From assembly GCA_963796965.1 (NCBI GenBank), contig CAWCNS010000007.1, forward strand, positions 832,001-896,000: a stretch of DNA of 64,000 bases, written 5' to 3'. The notes beneath the pieces are model-generated. The model searched no databases. It saw nothing but the letters and a program-made list of their open reading frames with translations, and was not told the DNA's origin. This document shows positions 1 to 9,618 of this stretch, in pieces. The position numbers and the translations under genes are program-made. The DNA is from Calditrichia bacterium. GTDB taxonomy: Bacteria; Calditrichota; Calditrichia; JAJRVZ01. The first letter of the stretch is position 1, and every line of letters starts with the position of its first letter.

Positions 1-1
1 C

Positions 2-1147
2 ATTTTCACCATCCGACTTCCATACAACCCGGCAAAAGTTCGCTTTGGTTAATTTGCCCTCTTTTCCAGAAAATGATTTTGTTAAGATGCCCCAATCTCT
101 ATCACAACCTTCTTCATGAGATGAACTTGTTCTGAGTATATTCGGCCAGTTTGGCCATTCCGGATTCCAGGATTCTTTCCATTCCTTGGGTTTTGGCAAA
201 ATTTCAAACTGATAAACTTTTTTTGCACCCTGCCGATTGGCTGTACCAACACAATCGGACCCTGTATCCCCGCCCCCGATGACCAAAACATTTTTATCCT
301 TTGCAGAGATGATCTGGCTTTCCTCAATTTCACCATTAACAAATTGATTTGAAAGGGTCAGGTATTTCATGGCCGGATAGATACCCGTCAATTCTCTGCC
401 TGGAAGGTCAAAATCGCGGTGTTCAGTCGCGCCCGTGGCTATCAAAATAACATCAAAAGTTTTTTGAAGATACCGTGCAGAAAGATCTTCCCCGATATCT
501 ATATCAGTTCTAAATCGAACCCCTTCAGCGCTGAGCTGGTCTAATCTTTGATCAAGAACCTTTTTATCCAGCTTAAAATCCGGAATTCCATACCTCAGCA
601 AACCACCCATTTTTGGTGCCCTCTCATAAACAGTAACGGTATGCCCGTCACGTCGAAGCTGCTGAGCAGCTGCTAATCCTGCTGGCCCAGATCCTATGAT
701 GGCGATATGATTTCCAGTTTCCATTAAAGGTGGCTTTGGCTGTACCCAGCCTTCCTTGAAAGCCCTTTCAATGATCGCTAATTCGATCTGTTTAATGGTA
801 ACCGGGCTATCATTAATTGCTAATGTACAGGCAGATTCACATGGAGCGGGACAAACACGTCCTGTAACCTCTGGAAAATTGTTTGTCAGTTCTAATCTTT
901 CATAGGCTTCACGCCACTGATCTTGATAGATCAGATCATTCCATTCAGGAATAAGGTTTTGCACCGGACATCCATAAGATGAATGACAAAACGGAATTCC
1001 ACAGTCCATGCACCGCGCACCTTGCATAGATAGATCTGCTGTTTTTAGAGTTTGAGTAAACTCCTTATAATGTTTGAGGCGTTCTTTCGTTTTTTCTGCC
1101 GCTGCGGTTTGCCTGTTATAATCTATAAATCCTGTCGTTTTTCCCAT
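2..1147 (-). CDS. gltD: Glutamate synthase small subunit, partial (runs off left edge)
   Basis: Manual translation from ATG at 1147 (overlaps gltB stop): MGKTTGFIDYNRQ..., with CMDCGIPFCH, CPVQN, GRVCPAPCESAC and GSGPAGL motifs. Absent from the ORF track, consistent with a frame open to the window edge. Confidence 0.95.
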   Translation of the reverse strand, partial: MGKTTGFIDYNRQTAAAEKTKERLKHYKEFTQTLKTADLSMQGARCMDCGIPFCHSSYGCPVQNLIPEWNDLIYQDQWREAYERLELTNNFPEVTGRVCPAPCESACTLAINDSPVTIKQIELAIIERAFKEGWVQPKPPLMETGNHIAIIGSGPAGLAAAQQLRRDGHTVTVYERAPKMGGLLRYGIPDFKLDKKVLDQRLDQLSAEGVRFRTDIDIGEDLSARYLQKTFDVILIATGATEHRDFDLPGRELTGIYPAMKYLTLSNQFVNGEIEESQIISAKDKNVLVIGGGDTGSDCVGTANRQGAKKVYQFEILPKPKEWKESWNPEWPNWPNILRTSSSHEEGCDRDWGILTKSFSGKEGKLTKANFCRVVWKSDGEN

Positions 1148-4100
1148 TATAAATACACCTCTTCTGTCATGCCTACCTGACCAACTTCCTCATACTTTCT
1201 GGCTTCTATTCGCTCTAGAGCGTGCCGGTAGTCAACTGGCATAACACGAACAAAGTAGGGTAACATTTCTTCCCAGTTTTCAAGAATTCCCTTTGCATAT
1301 TTGCTACCTGTATATTCAATATGATTTTGGATATATGTTCGTAAAAACGCCTCATCTGTTTTTTCATTGACTGGCTCAATATCGACCATCTCCAGATTAC
1401 ACTGTGTGTCAAACAATTGATTCTGATCCAGAACATAGGCAATTCCTCCACTCATGCCAGCAGCAAAATTTACACCCGTTTTGCCTAATACAATAACCCG
1501 TCCACCGGTCATATATTCACATCCGTGATCTCCAACCCCTTCAACAACCACAATAGCACCACTATTACGTACACAAAAGCGTTCGCCACTTCGGCCGTGA
1601 ATATAAACCTCACCACTTGTCGCGCCAAATAAATTAACATTTCCGGTGATGATATTGTTCTGGGGTAAAAAAGTTGAGCCCGAAGGTGGACGAACGATTA
1701 ATTTACCTCCCGATAGTCCTTTACCAAAATAATCATTGGCATCTCCCTCTAACTCAAAAGTGATTCCCGGTGCCAGAAATGCGCCAAAACTTTGGCCTGC
1801 AGATCCCAGAAACTTTATCTTTATCGTATCAGTAGGCAGCCCCTGAGATCCATATCGTTTTGAGACTTCTGCGCTCAACATTGCCCCTGTTGTGCGGTTG
1901 AAATTGCGAATTTTTCTCTTAAATTTTATTGGCTCCTGGGAGGTTAATGCGTTCGCACATGTTTTAATCAATTCCCTATCCAACATATTCGAGAAGTCAT
2001 GTTGTTGTTTGATTACACACCTGACCGCCGTTCCCTTTTTAAGTTCAGGTTTATATAGTATGCGTGAGAAATCAAGACCCTTTGTTTTATAATTGCCGAC
2101 GTGCTCATTTACCTCAAGTAAATCGACACGGCCAACCATCTCATCAAATAATCGAAATCCCATTGCAGCCATGTATTCGCGAACTTCTTCAGCAACAAAA
2201 TTCATAAAATTAATTACATATTCAGCCTCTCCGGTGAATCGTTTCCGAAGATCAGGATTCTGTGTGGCGACACCCACCGGACAGGTGTTTTGATGACACT
2301 TGCGCATCATGATACATCCAAGAGATACTAATGCCGCTGTGCCAAATCCAAATTCCTCTGCACCCAACAAAGCACCTATCACCACATCCCGACCTGTTTT
2401 TAACTGACCATCTACCTGGACACGAATACGACCTCGTAAATCATTTTTAACGAGCGTCTGCTGTGTTTCTGCCAGACCAATTTCCCAACTTGCCCCGGCA
2501 TGTTTTATCGAAGATAACGGTGATGCACCGGTTCCGCCATCACTCCCACTGATCAGCACCATTTCTGCTTTTCCCTTGGCCACGCCTGCAGCAACGGTAC
2601 CAACCCCTACTTCAGAAACCAGTTTTACCGATACCCGAGCCTCGGGATTTGCACATTTAAGATCAAAAATAAGTTGTGAAAGATCTTCAATGGAATAGAT
2701 ATCATGATGGGGTGGAGGAGAGATAAGCATAACGCCAGGAGTTGAATGACGCACACTTGCAATCACATCATCGACCTTATATCCGGGTAACTGTCCACCC
2801 TCACCCGGCTTGGCACCCTGTGCTATTTTTATTTGTAATTCTTCTGAATTGACAAGATAATTGCTGGTAACGCCAAACCTTGCCGAGGCAACCTGTTTGA
2901 CCTTGCTTTTCAAGGAATCGCCATTGGGTAGAGGTTTATATCTTTCCTCATTCTCTCCTCCCTCCCCTGAATTGCTTTTTGCCCCAATGCGATTCATGGC
3001 CATCGCCAGGGTTTCATGCGCTTCCTTGCTGATCGATCCAAAAGACATGGCGGAAGTAACAAATCGTTTGACTATAGATTCTACCCCTTCAACTTCTTCT
3101 ATCGGAACCGGCTTACCTTCTTTAAATTTCAGCAAACCCCGGATGGTACTGAGATTTTTTGAAACATCATTCAATTCTGCGGAATACTCTTTGAAGGCAG
3201 CATAGTCTTTTGTCCGAACAGCCTTTTGTAAATTTACTAATGCTTCCGGTGAATACATATGATTCTCACCCGTTTGCCTGAAAGCATAATTTCCCCCGCT
3301 ATCGAGAAGACTGTTAGATTTTCCGATTTTTTCAAAAGCCTCATGATGCCGGCCAAGGGTTTCATCTTCGATGAAATCCAACCCTATACCTCCAATTCTT
3401 GAGGGTGTTCCAGGAAAATAGGTTTGGACAAATGATTCACTTAAACCGAAAGCCTCATAGGTTTGAGAATGCCGGTAGCCTCGCAATGTCGAAATACCCA
3501 TTTTAGACATCACCTTTAACAAACCCTTGTTCACGGCTGTGATATATTGCATGGTGGCAGTTGCAGAAGGTAATGAGCGGCTGATATATCCTCTGTCCTG
3601 GAGATCCGATACGGATTCAAAAACAAGATAGGGATTGATACCACTTGCTCCGTATGAAAGTAGCGTGGCAAAATGGTGTATTTCTCTTGCTTCACCCGTT
3701 TCTAATATCAATGCCGTGAGTCGGCGTTTACCTCGCAAAACCAAGATGATGATGAATCTGTGATATGGCCAGAAGGGCTGGAATGGCTGCCATATCCGGA
3801 TTAATATCGCGATCACTAAGAATGATCATCGAATACCCTTCATCAACCTTTTTTTCTGCCTCAAGGCAGAGTTTCACCAATCCTTTTTCCAGATGCCCCT
3901 TTATTGGCTTCAAAAAGCATTGGAATCAAACAAACACGAAAACCAGGGAGTTGTGAAGATTTTAGCAGCTCAATATCTTCATTTGTTAATGTTGGATTTG
4001 ATAGCTTTAACTGCGCACAATGTTCAGGAATTTCTTCAAGTAAATTTCGCTGTCTTCCCACAAAACTTGAGAGCGACATAACCAGATTCTCTCTGTAGGG

Positions 4101-5677
4101 ATCAATCGGCGGATTTGTAACCTGGGCGAAAGTCTGTTTAAAGTAGTTATACAATAATTGTGATCTTTTTCGATAAGTACAGCCAGAGTGGCATCATTCC
4201 CCATAGAACCCAACGGTTCCTGAGAATTTTTAACCATCGGCGTAATAATTAACTTCAGATCCTCCTGAGTATATCCAAAAGCTCTCTGTCTGACAACCAG
4301 GGTGGTTTTATCAACCATAACATTGTCCAGGGACCTGAAAAAGTCCTCGTAGTTCTATCCTGTTTTCCTCAAGCCAGCGTCGATACGGTTTCCACCGTGA
4401 TACGGCAGATTTAATTTCATTATCTCGAATAACCCGCTGACGATCTGTATCAACCACAAACGTTTTGCCCGGGCCCCAACTTTCCTTTTTCCCTTACATC
4501 AGAAGGGGCAATATCCAATACACCCGTTTCCGATGCCATGATCACCTTTCCTATTTTGTGATCAGATATCGGAGCGGTCGCAGGCCATTTCTATCCATAT
4601 GGGCACCGATCTTTATCCCATCACTAAAAGCAAGCGCTGCCGGACCATCCCATGGATCCATGATAGACATATGATATTCATAAAAAGCGCGTTTATCCTG
4701 ACTGATATGATACTGATTTCCAAAAGCCTCTGGTACCATCATCATCATCGTATGTTCCATCCCCCTGCCACTCATGGTCAGTAATTCGAAGGCATTATCA
4801 AAAATTGCCGAATCACTGGCATTTGGATTAAGAATGGGAAATATTTTCTTGATATCCGATCCAAGATGCGGGTGAAGCAAGGGTATCGTCCCTGGTCATA
4901 ATCTTATTTATATTTCCACGAAGGTATTTATTTCCCCATTATGGGCGATAAATCGAAAAGGTTGGGCCAACGGCCCAGGAGGGAAATGTATTGGTACTAT
5001 AACGCTGATGAACCAGGGCAATGGCACTCTTCATATCTTTATCAACCAGATCAGGATAAAATTCGCTAAATTGTGTGGAGACAAACATACCTTTGTAGAT
5101 GATTGTGCTGGCCGAGAAGGAGGGTATATAAAAGTCATTCATCCCCAGGCCCATTTTTCCAGCGGCAGTTTCAATACATTTTCGGATTATGTAGAGTTTT
5201 CTATTTAGTTTTTCAGAATCCAATTCTTCCACAGCAACAAATATCTGTTTGATTTTTGGACATGACTGTCTGGCAATTTCGCCCAGACATTCTTCATTGG
5301 TTGGTACATCACGCCATCCCAAAACCTTTCCACCTTCTGTTATAACCACCTCTTCAACCATATTGCAAATCGGTTGCAAATCTTTCACGCTGTTTGGAAG
5401 AAATATAAACCCCACACCATACTGCCCCTCAACGGGTAAATCGAAATCAAGTACTTTTCTGAAAAATTTATCAGGAATTTGAATGAGCATGCCAGCTCCA
5501 TCACCCGTTTTCTTATCACTGCCAACGGCCCCGCGATGTTCCAGATTACACAATACGGTTATGCCCTCTTGGACAATTGTATGATCTCTATTACCATCGA
5601 TATTTACCACAAATCCAACACCACATGCATCGTGCTCGAAATCTGGGATTATATAATCCTTTATGTTGTTTACTCAT
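1147..5677 (-). CDS. gltB: Glutamate synthase large subunit, broken by about 10 frameshifts between ~3735 and ~5640
   Basis: Fragments in order: MSKQHKGLYNP / EHDACGVGF, HRGA, HQRYSTNTFPSW, WDGPA, YFKQTFAQVTNPPID, then the intact 889-aa ORF with AQGAKPGEGGQLPG, CIMMRKCHQNTCP and the GXGXG C-terminal domain. Confidence 0.95.
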
Positions 5678-5724
5678 TTTTTTCCTTAAGTTTCAGAAGT
5701 AAATATTAAATTATAGTTATTCAA

Positions 5725-5957
5725 TTTCTCACGCAGCGATGCAGAAATGCAGCGAAAAGACTTTCAGAAAAAACCTCCCACAGAATCCTCTTCTTACCAA
5801 GGAGAAGGAAAAAGGGGGTGACATTTTTTACTATATTTATTTTTAATAAATCGCCCTGTCATTCCGTCCCCAAACGGGGTCTCGTCTCGGGACAGGATGA
5901 CAAGAATTCGAACTATTCTATATCTTTTACCTTTTCCCTTTTACCTTCTTCTTTTCA
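5725..5957. repeat. Composite intergenic palindromic element (A-type arm, degenerate CCCC/GGGG hairpin, C-type GTCAT..ATGAC unit at 5857-5902, pyrimidine heptamer run)
   Basis: ttctcacgcagcgatgcagaaatgcagcg; tgtcattccgtccccaaacggggtctcgtctcgggacaggatgaca; ttttaccttttccctttaccttc. Confidence 0.7.
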
Positions 5958-7301
5958 CTACCCAGCTAAATTCACCAATGCCCTGTCTGCTTTCTCAAAA
6001 TTGAACTCATTTACAACCCGTTGCATTTCATCAACGATTTTTTCATTACATAAATTTTCTATGCTTCCTTCATGTTTATAAACAGTATTTGCCGGAGGTT
6101 TGAATTCACCACTCTCAATCTCCCTTGCCACCTGGTGATAGGCCTCTCTAAATGACAGACCCTCTTCCACGACAAGATTGTTTATCGCCTCTACACTAAA
6201 AACCGATTGATACATATTATCCTTAAGAATATCCTCACGGACTGTAACATGTTGCATCGCAAAATGTAAAATCTTCAAACATTCTTGAATATTAAAAAGA
6301 CCAGGAAGAAATGATTCTTTGATCAATTGAAGATCCCTATGATAGCCGGTAGTCAAATTAGCGGTGATCATCATAATCTCATTTGGTAAAGCCTTTAACC
6401 GGTTACATTTTGCCCGTAATATTTCAAATAGATCCGGATTTTTTTTATGAGGCATTATACTAGAGCCTGTAACTAAAGTATCCGGGAATGATAAAAAATT
6501 AAAGTTTTGAGACATAAATAATATGATATCTGAGGCCATACGACCACAGGTCTCTGCTAATGAAGCGATGGCCTGACTGGTTACACGTTCACTTTTCCCT
6601 CTTCCCACCTGAGCATAAATGGCATTGTAGTTCATCACCTCAAAGCCAAGCAGATCCGTTGTCATTTGACGGTTGAGGGGAAAGGACGAGCCATATCCGG
6701 CAGCAGAACCCAGCGGATTTTTGTTTATAATTTTATAAGCAGCATTTACTTGCTCCAGATCATCGACAAAGGATTCAGCAAAGGCGCTAAACCAAAGCCC
6801 AAAAGAAGATGGCATCGCGGCCTGGGTGTGTGTATATCCTGGCATGCCGACCTTTTTGTAACGCTCACTGAGCGAGATGAGCAGATTAAACAAAATTTCT
6901 ACCTCATTAACAATCTCTTTTATCTGAGAGCGGATAAATAAACGTAAATCAACAAGAACCTGATCATTCCTTGAACGTCCACTATGGATCTTCTTCCCAA
7001 CATCCCCCAAACGATCCGTCAGAAGGAGTTCTATTTGAGAATGTATATCTTCTATACCTTCCCCAATAACAAAGGCTCCTTTTCTTATCTCGGACAATAT
7101 GACAATTAATTCTGTCTTCAGGATTTTCAGTTCATCTTTTTTTAAGAGTTCCACAGATTCCAACATGGTAATGTGAGCAAGTGATCCAAGAACATCAAAT
7201 TCCGCAAGGTACAGGTCAAGATCACGATCTTTACCTACGGTAAATGTCTCGATTTGCTTCTCAAGTGTATCACTCTTTTTCCACAACTTTTTATCCATCA
7301 T
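5958..7301 (-). CDS. argH: Argininosuccinate lyase
   Basis: HSGRSRNDQ, MPGYTH and GSSIMPHKKNPD signatures. Confidence 0.97.
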   Translation of the reverse strand: MMDKKLWKKSDTLEKQIETFTVGKDRDLDLYLAEFDVLGSLAHITMLESVELLKKDELKILKTELIVILSEIRKGAFVIGEGIEDIHSQIELLLTDRLGDVGKKIHSGRSRNDQVLVDLRLFIRSQIKEIVNEVEILFNLLISLSERYKKVGMPGYTHTQAAMPSSFGLWFSAFAESFVDDLEQVNAAYKIINKNPLGSAAGYGSSFPLNRQMTTDLLGFEVMNYNAIYAQVGRGKSERVTSQAIASLAETCGRMASDIILFMSQNFNFLSFPDTLVTGSSIMPHKKNPDLFEILRAKCNRLKALPNEIMMITANLTTGYHRDLQLIKESFLPGLFNIQECLKILHFAMQHVTVREDILKDNMYQSVFSVEAINNLVVEEGLSFREAYHQVAREIESGEFKPPANTVYKHEGSIENLCNEKIVDEMQRVVNEFNFEKADRALVNLAG

Positions 7302-7370
7302 AATTCTCTTCCTAAGTAGGTAGACGGTAAGTCATAAACAACCAATATTTAAGACCTAACCGAATTACTT

Positions 7371-7524
7371 ATTCTCGCGCCAAGACGCAAAGACGCAAAG
7401 AATTAACACAAAACAAATTTACTATTCTTTTCTATTAGATTTAGTACCCATCTATGTAAAATCTCGTCTTTTTTTATTGTTTTTTTCCTTAAACTTCTTT
7501 GCGCCTTGGCGTCTTTGCGAGAAT
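7371..7524. repeat. A-family MITE-like element with inverted CGCAAAGA-repeat arms
   Basis: Left arm attctcgcgccaagacgcaaagacgcaaagaa, right arm ttctttgcgccttggcgtctttgcgagaat, AT-rich core. Confidence 0.85.
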
Positions 7525-7566
7525 TAATTTCAATACATGCCAAGAATTTATCCTTTTTTTTTAAAT

Positions 7567-8649
7567 TTAACTATCTGGATTGCATTTCATCCCCAGGAAA
7601 TGAGTTAGTAATTTTTTATAGATTGTTATACCCTGTTCGATTTCAGCAAGATAAATAAATTCATCTGCTGTATGCGATCTTTCAGACATGCCAGGCCCTA
7701 ATTTTACAGACGGTGTTGGAATAAAAGTCTGATCTGATAATGTCGGAGAACCAAATGTCCCAATACCAATCTCGGTCGCCGACTTTACCAGGGGATGTTC
7801 TAAGGGTATACTTGAGGGCGATAAACTTAAAGAGGGACTCGAAAAAGTACTCGTTGTATTCTCTCTAATAATATCTAAAATTTCTTCATGAGAATAGCTG
7901 TCAACCGTTCGGATATCGACAGTAAACGTGCACCTGTCCGGGATCACATTATGTTGTGTTCCTGATTCAATCATTGTAACGGTCATTTTCACGGGACCTA
8001 GTGAAGAAGATTCTTTTGAAAATGTATAGGTACTGAACCAATTTATATCTTCAATCGCTTTCAGGATCGCATTTTCACCTATATTTCGGGCCGCGTGTCC
8101 TGATTTACCTTCTGCTATGCACCTTAAAACTATAAGACCCTTCTCAGCAACAGCCATTTCCATACCTGTTGGCTCCCCAACAATTGCCAGATCAATTGAG
8201 CCAAGTTCCGGTAAAACAGAACGGATACCCTTCTCTCCCGAGCTTTCCTCCTCGGCTGTTGCCGCCAGGACAATATTGTGGTTTAGATCCTTAAGCCTGT
8301 AGAAATGTAAAAAAGTGGCAATCAGGGAAACCAGTGAAGCCCCGGCATCATTGCTGCCTAATCCATATAATTTACCATTAGAGATTTCTGCAGAAAAGGG
8401 ATCTCGCTTCCAGCTAACATTCGGTTTTACGGTATCGTGATGTGAATTTAAGAGAAGCGTCGGCTTTTCGGGCTTATAATCATCATTAAAGGCGTAAATA
8501 TTATTATACAGACGATGGCAGCTCACATTTTGTGTTTCGAAGAAACGTTGGATCGTGCTGGCAGTCCTATCCTCCTCACCGCTGATTGACGGTATGGCAA
8601 TTAACTTTTGTAATAGATCACTTGCCTTATGTATGAGTTCTTCTGACAT
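7567..8649 (-). CDS. argE: M20 family acetylornithine/acetylcitrulline deacetylase
   Basis: NSHHDTV, GLGSNDAG, AEEE, GEPT and HTADE metal-binding motifs; arg operon context. Confidence 0.85.
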   Translation of the reverse strand: MSEELIHKASDLLQKLIAIPSISGEEDRTASTIQRFFETQNVSCHRLYNNIYAFNDDYKPEKPTLLLNSHHDTVKPNVSWKRDPFSAEISNGKLYGLGSNDAGASLVSLIATFLHFYRLKDLNHNIVLAATAEEESSGEKGIRSVLPELGSIDLAIVGEPTGMEMAVAEKGLIVLRCIAEGKSGHAARNIGENAILKAIEDINWFSTYTFSKESSSLGPVKMTVTMIESGTQHNVIPDRCTFTVDIRTVDSYSHEEILDIIRENTTSTFSSPSLSLSPSSIPLEHPLVKSATEIGIGTFGSPTLSDQTFIPTPSVKLGPGMSERSHTADEFIYLAEIEQGITIYKKLLTHFLGMKCNPDS

Positions 8650-8698
8650 TGTTCTATGCTAGTTTTTGTTTGTTATAGTGCTGCAATGATAAAGTGTA

Positions 8699-8730
8699 TT
8701 AAACACAAAGGTCACTAAGAAAGCACAATC
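8699..8730. repeat. D-family arm (ttaaacacaaag-gtcactaag-aaagcacaa) overlapping the argB stop codon
   Basis: Matches the arms at 9515, 12109 and 18984. Confidence 0.6.
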
Positions 8731-9506
8731 CTCGTTCCACTTCCAGCCCCGCCATCCATGAAGGCAAATAAATCCTCAAATGAAGTGATAGTGACATTCT
8801 GGACACCTTTGTTTAAAGCCCTGAACGCATTATCAATCTTGGGGATCATGCCGGTTACAATAGCCCCATCTTGTTTTAATTGATCATAGGAACCAGGTGT
8901 AATCCTGGGGATAAATGAGGTGTCATCTCCCAGATCTTTTAAGACCCCCTTCTTCTCAAAACAGAAGATCAGATCTACCAGATACTCACTCGAAAGGGCT
9001 ATTCCCAGTTCAGTTGCAATCGTATCGGCATTGGTATTGAGCATCTGCCCCTGACCATCATGGGTCAGAGCACAGAAAACCGGAACAGTTCCTCTTTCAA
9101 TCAGGGCTTTAATTGCTGATGTATTAACCTTAACCACATCACCCACATAGCCATAATCAATGCGTTTCACAGGTCTTTTGATGGCCCGGATTGAATCAAG
9201 ATCAGCACCACTCAACCCCAAAGCCTGACAATTGGCCGCCTGCAAAGCCGCAACAATATTTTTATTGATCAGCCCGGCATAGACCATTTGAACCACATCA
9301 ATGGTATCTCTATCCGTAATGCGACGACCGTCAACCAGGTGTGGTTCGATCTGCATCTTTTCTGAATAAGATGTCGCTAACTTCCCTCCGCCATGAATCA
9401 AAATTTTTGGACTGGCCAGAGAAGCAAACACAGGCAGGAAGCGATCTAACTCTTCTTCTTCATTTATTACTTTTCCGCCTATTTTTATAATTTTTAACTT
9501 CTGCAT
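8715..9506 (-). CDS. argB: Acetylglutamate kinase (start adjusted to MQKLKIIKIGG)
   Basis: KIGG, HGGG, GRRITD and NTNADTIA motifs. The upstream ORF extension lies inside a repeat. Confidence 0.95.
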   Translation of the reverse strand: MQKLKIIKIGGKVINEEEELDRFLPVFASLASPKILIHGGGKLATSYSEKMQIEPHLVDGRRITDRDTIDVVQMVYAGLINKNIVAALQAANCQALGLSGADLDSIRAIKRPVKRIDYGYVGDVVKVNTSAIKALIERGTVPVFCALTHDGQGQMLNTNADTIATELGIALSSEYLVDLIFCFEKKGVLKDLGDDTSFIPRITPGSYDQLKQDGAIVTGMIPKIDNAFRALNKGVQNVTITSFEDLFAFMDGGAGSGTRIVLS

Positions 9507-9514
9507 AATACTTT

Positions 9515-9618
9515 TTAAACACAAAGAACTCAAAAGTATCCACAAAGGACTCGAAGATATTAAAGTATTTAATTAAACTTTGTGACCTTTGTGTATTCTT
9601 AGCGCACTTTGTGTTTAA
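9515..9618. repeat. D-family inverted-repeat element filling the thrA-argB gap
   Basis: ttaaacacaaag...cacaaag paired with ctttgtg...ctttgtgtttaa; perfect 12-bp terminal IR directly abutting the thrA stop. Confidence 0.85.
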
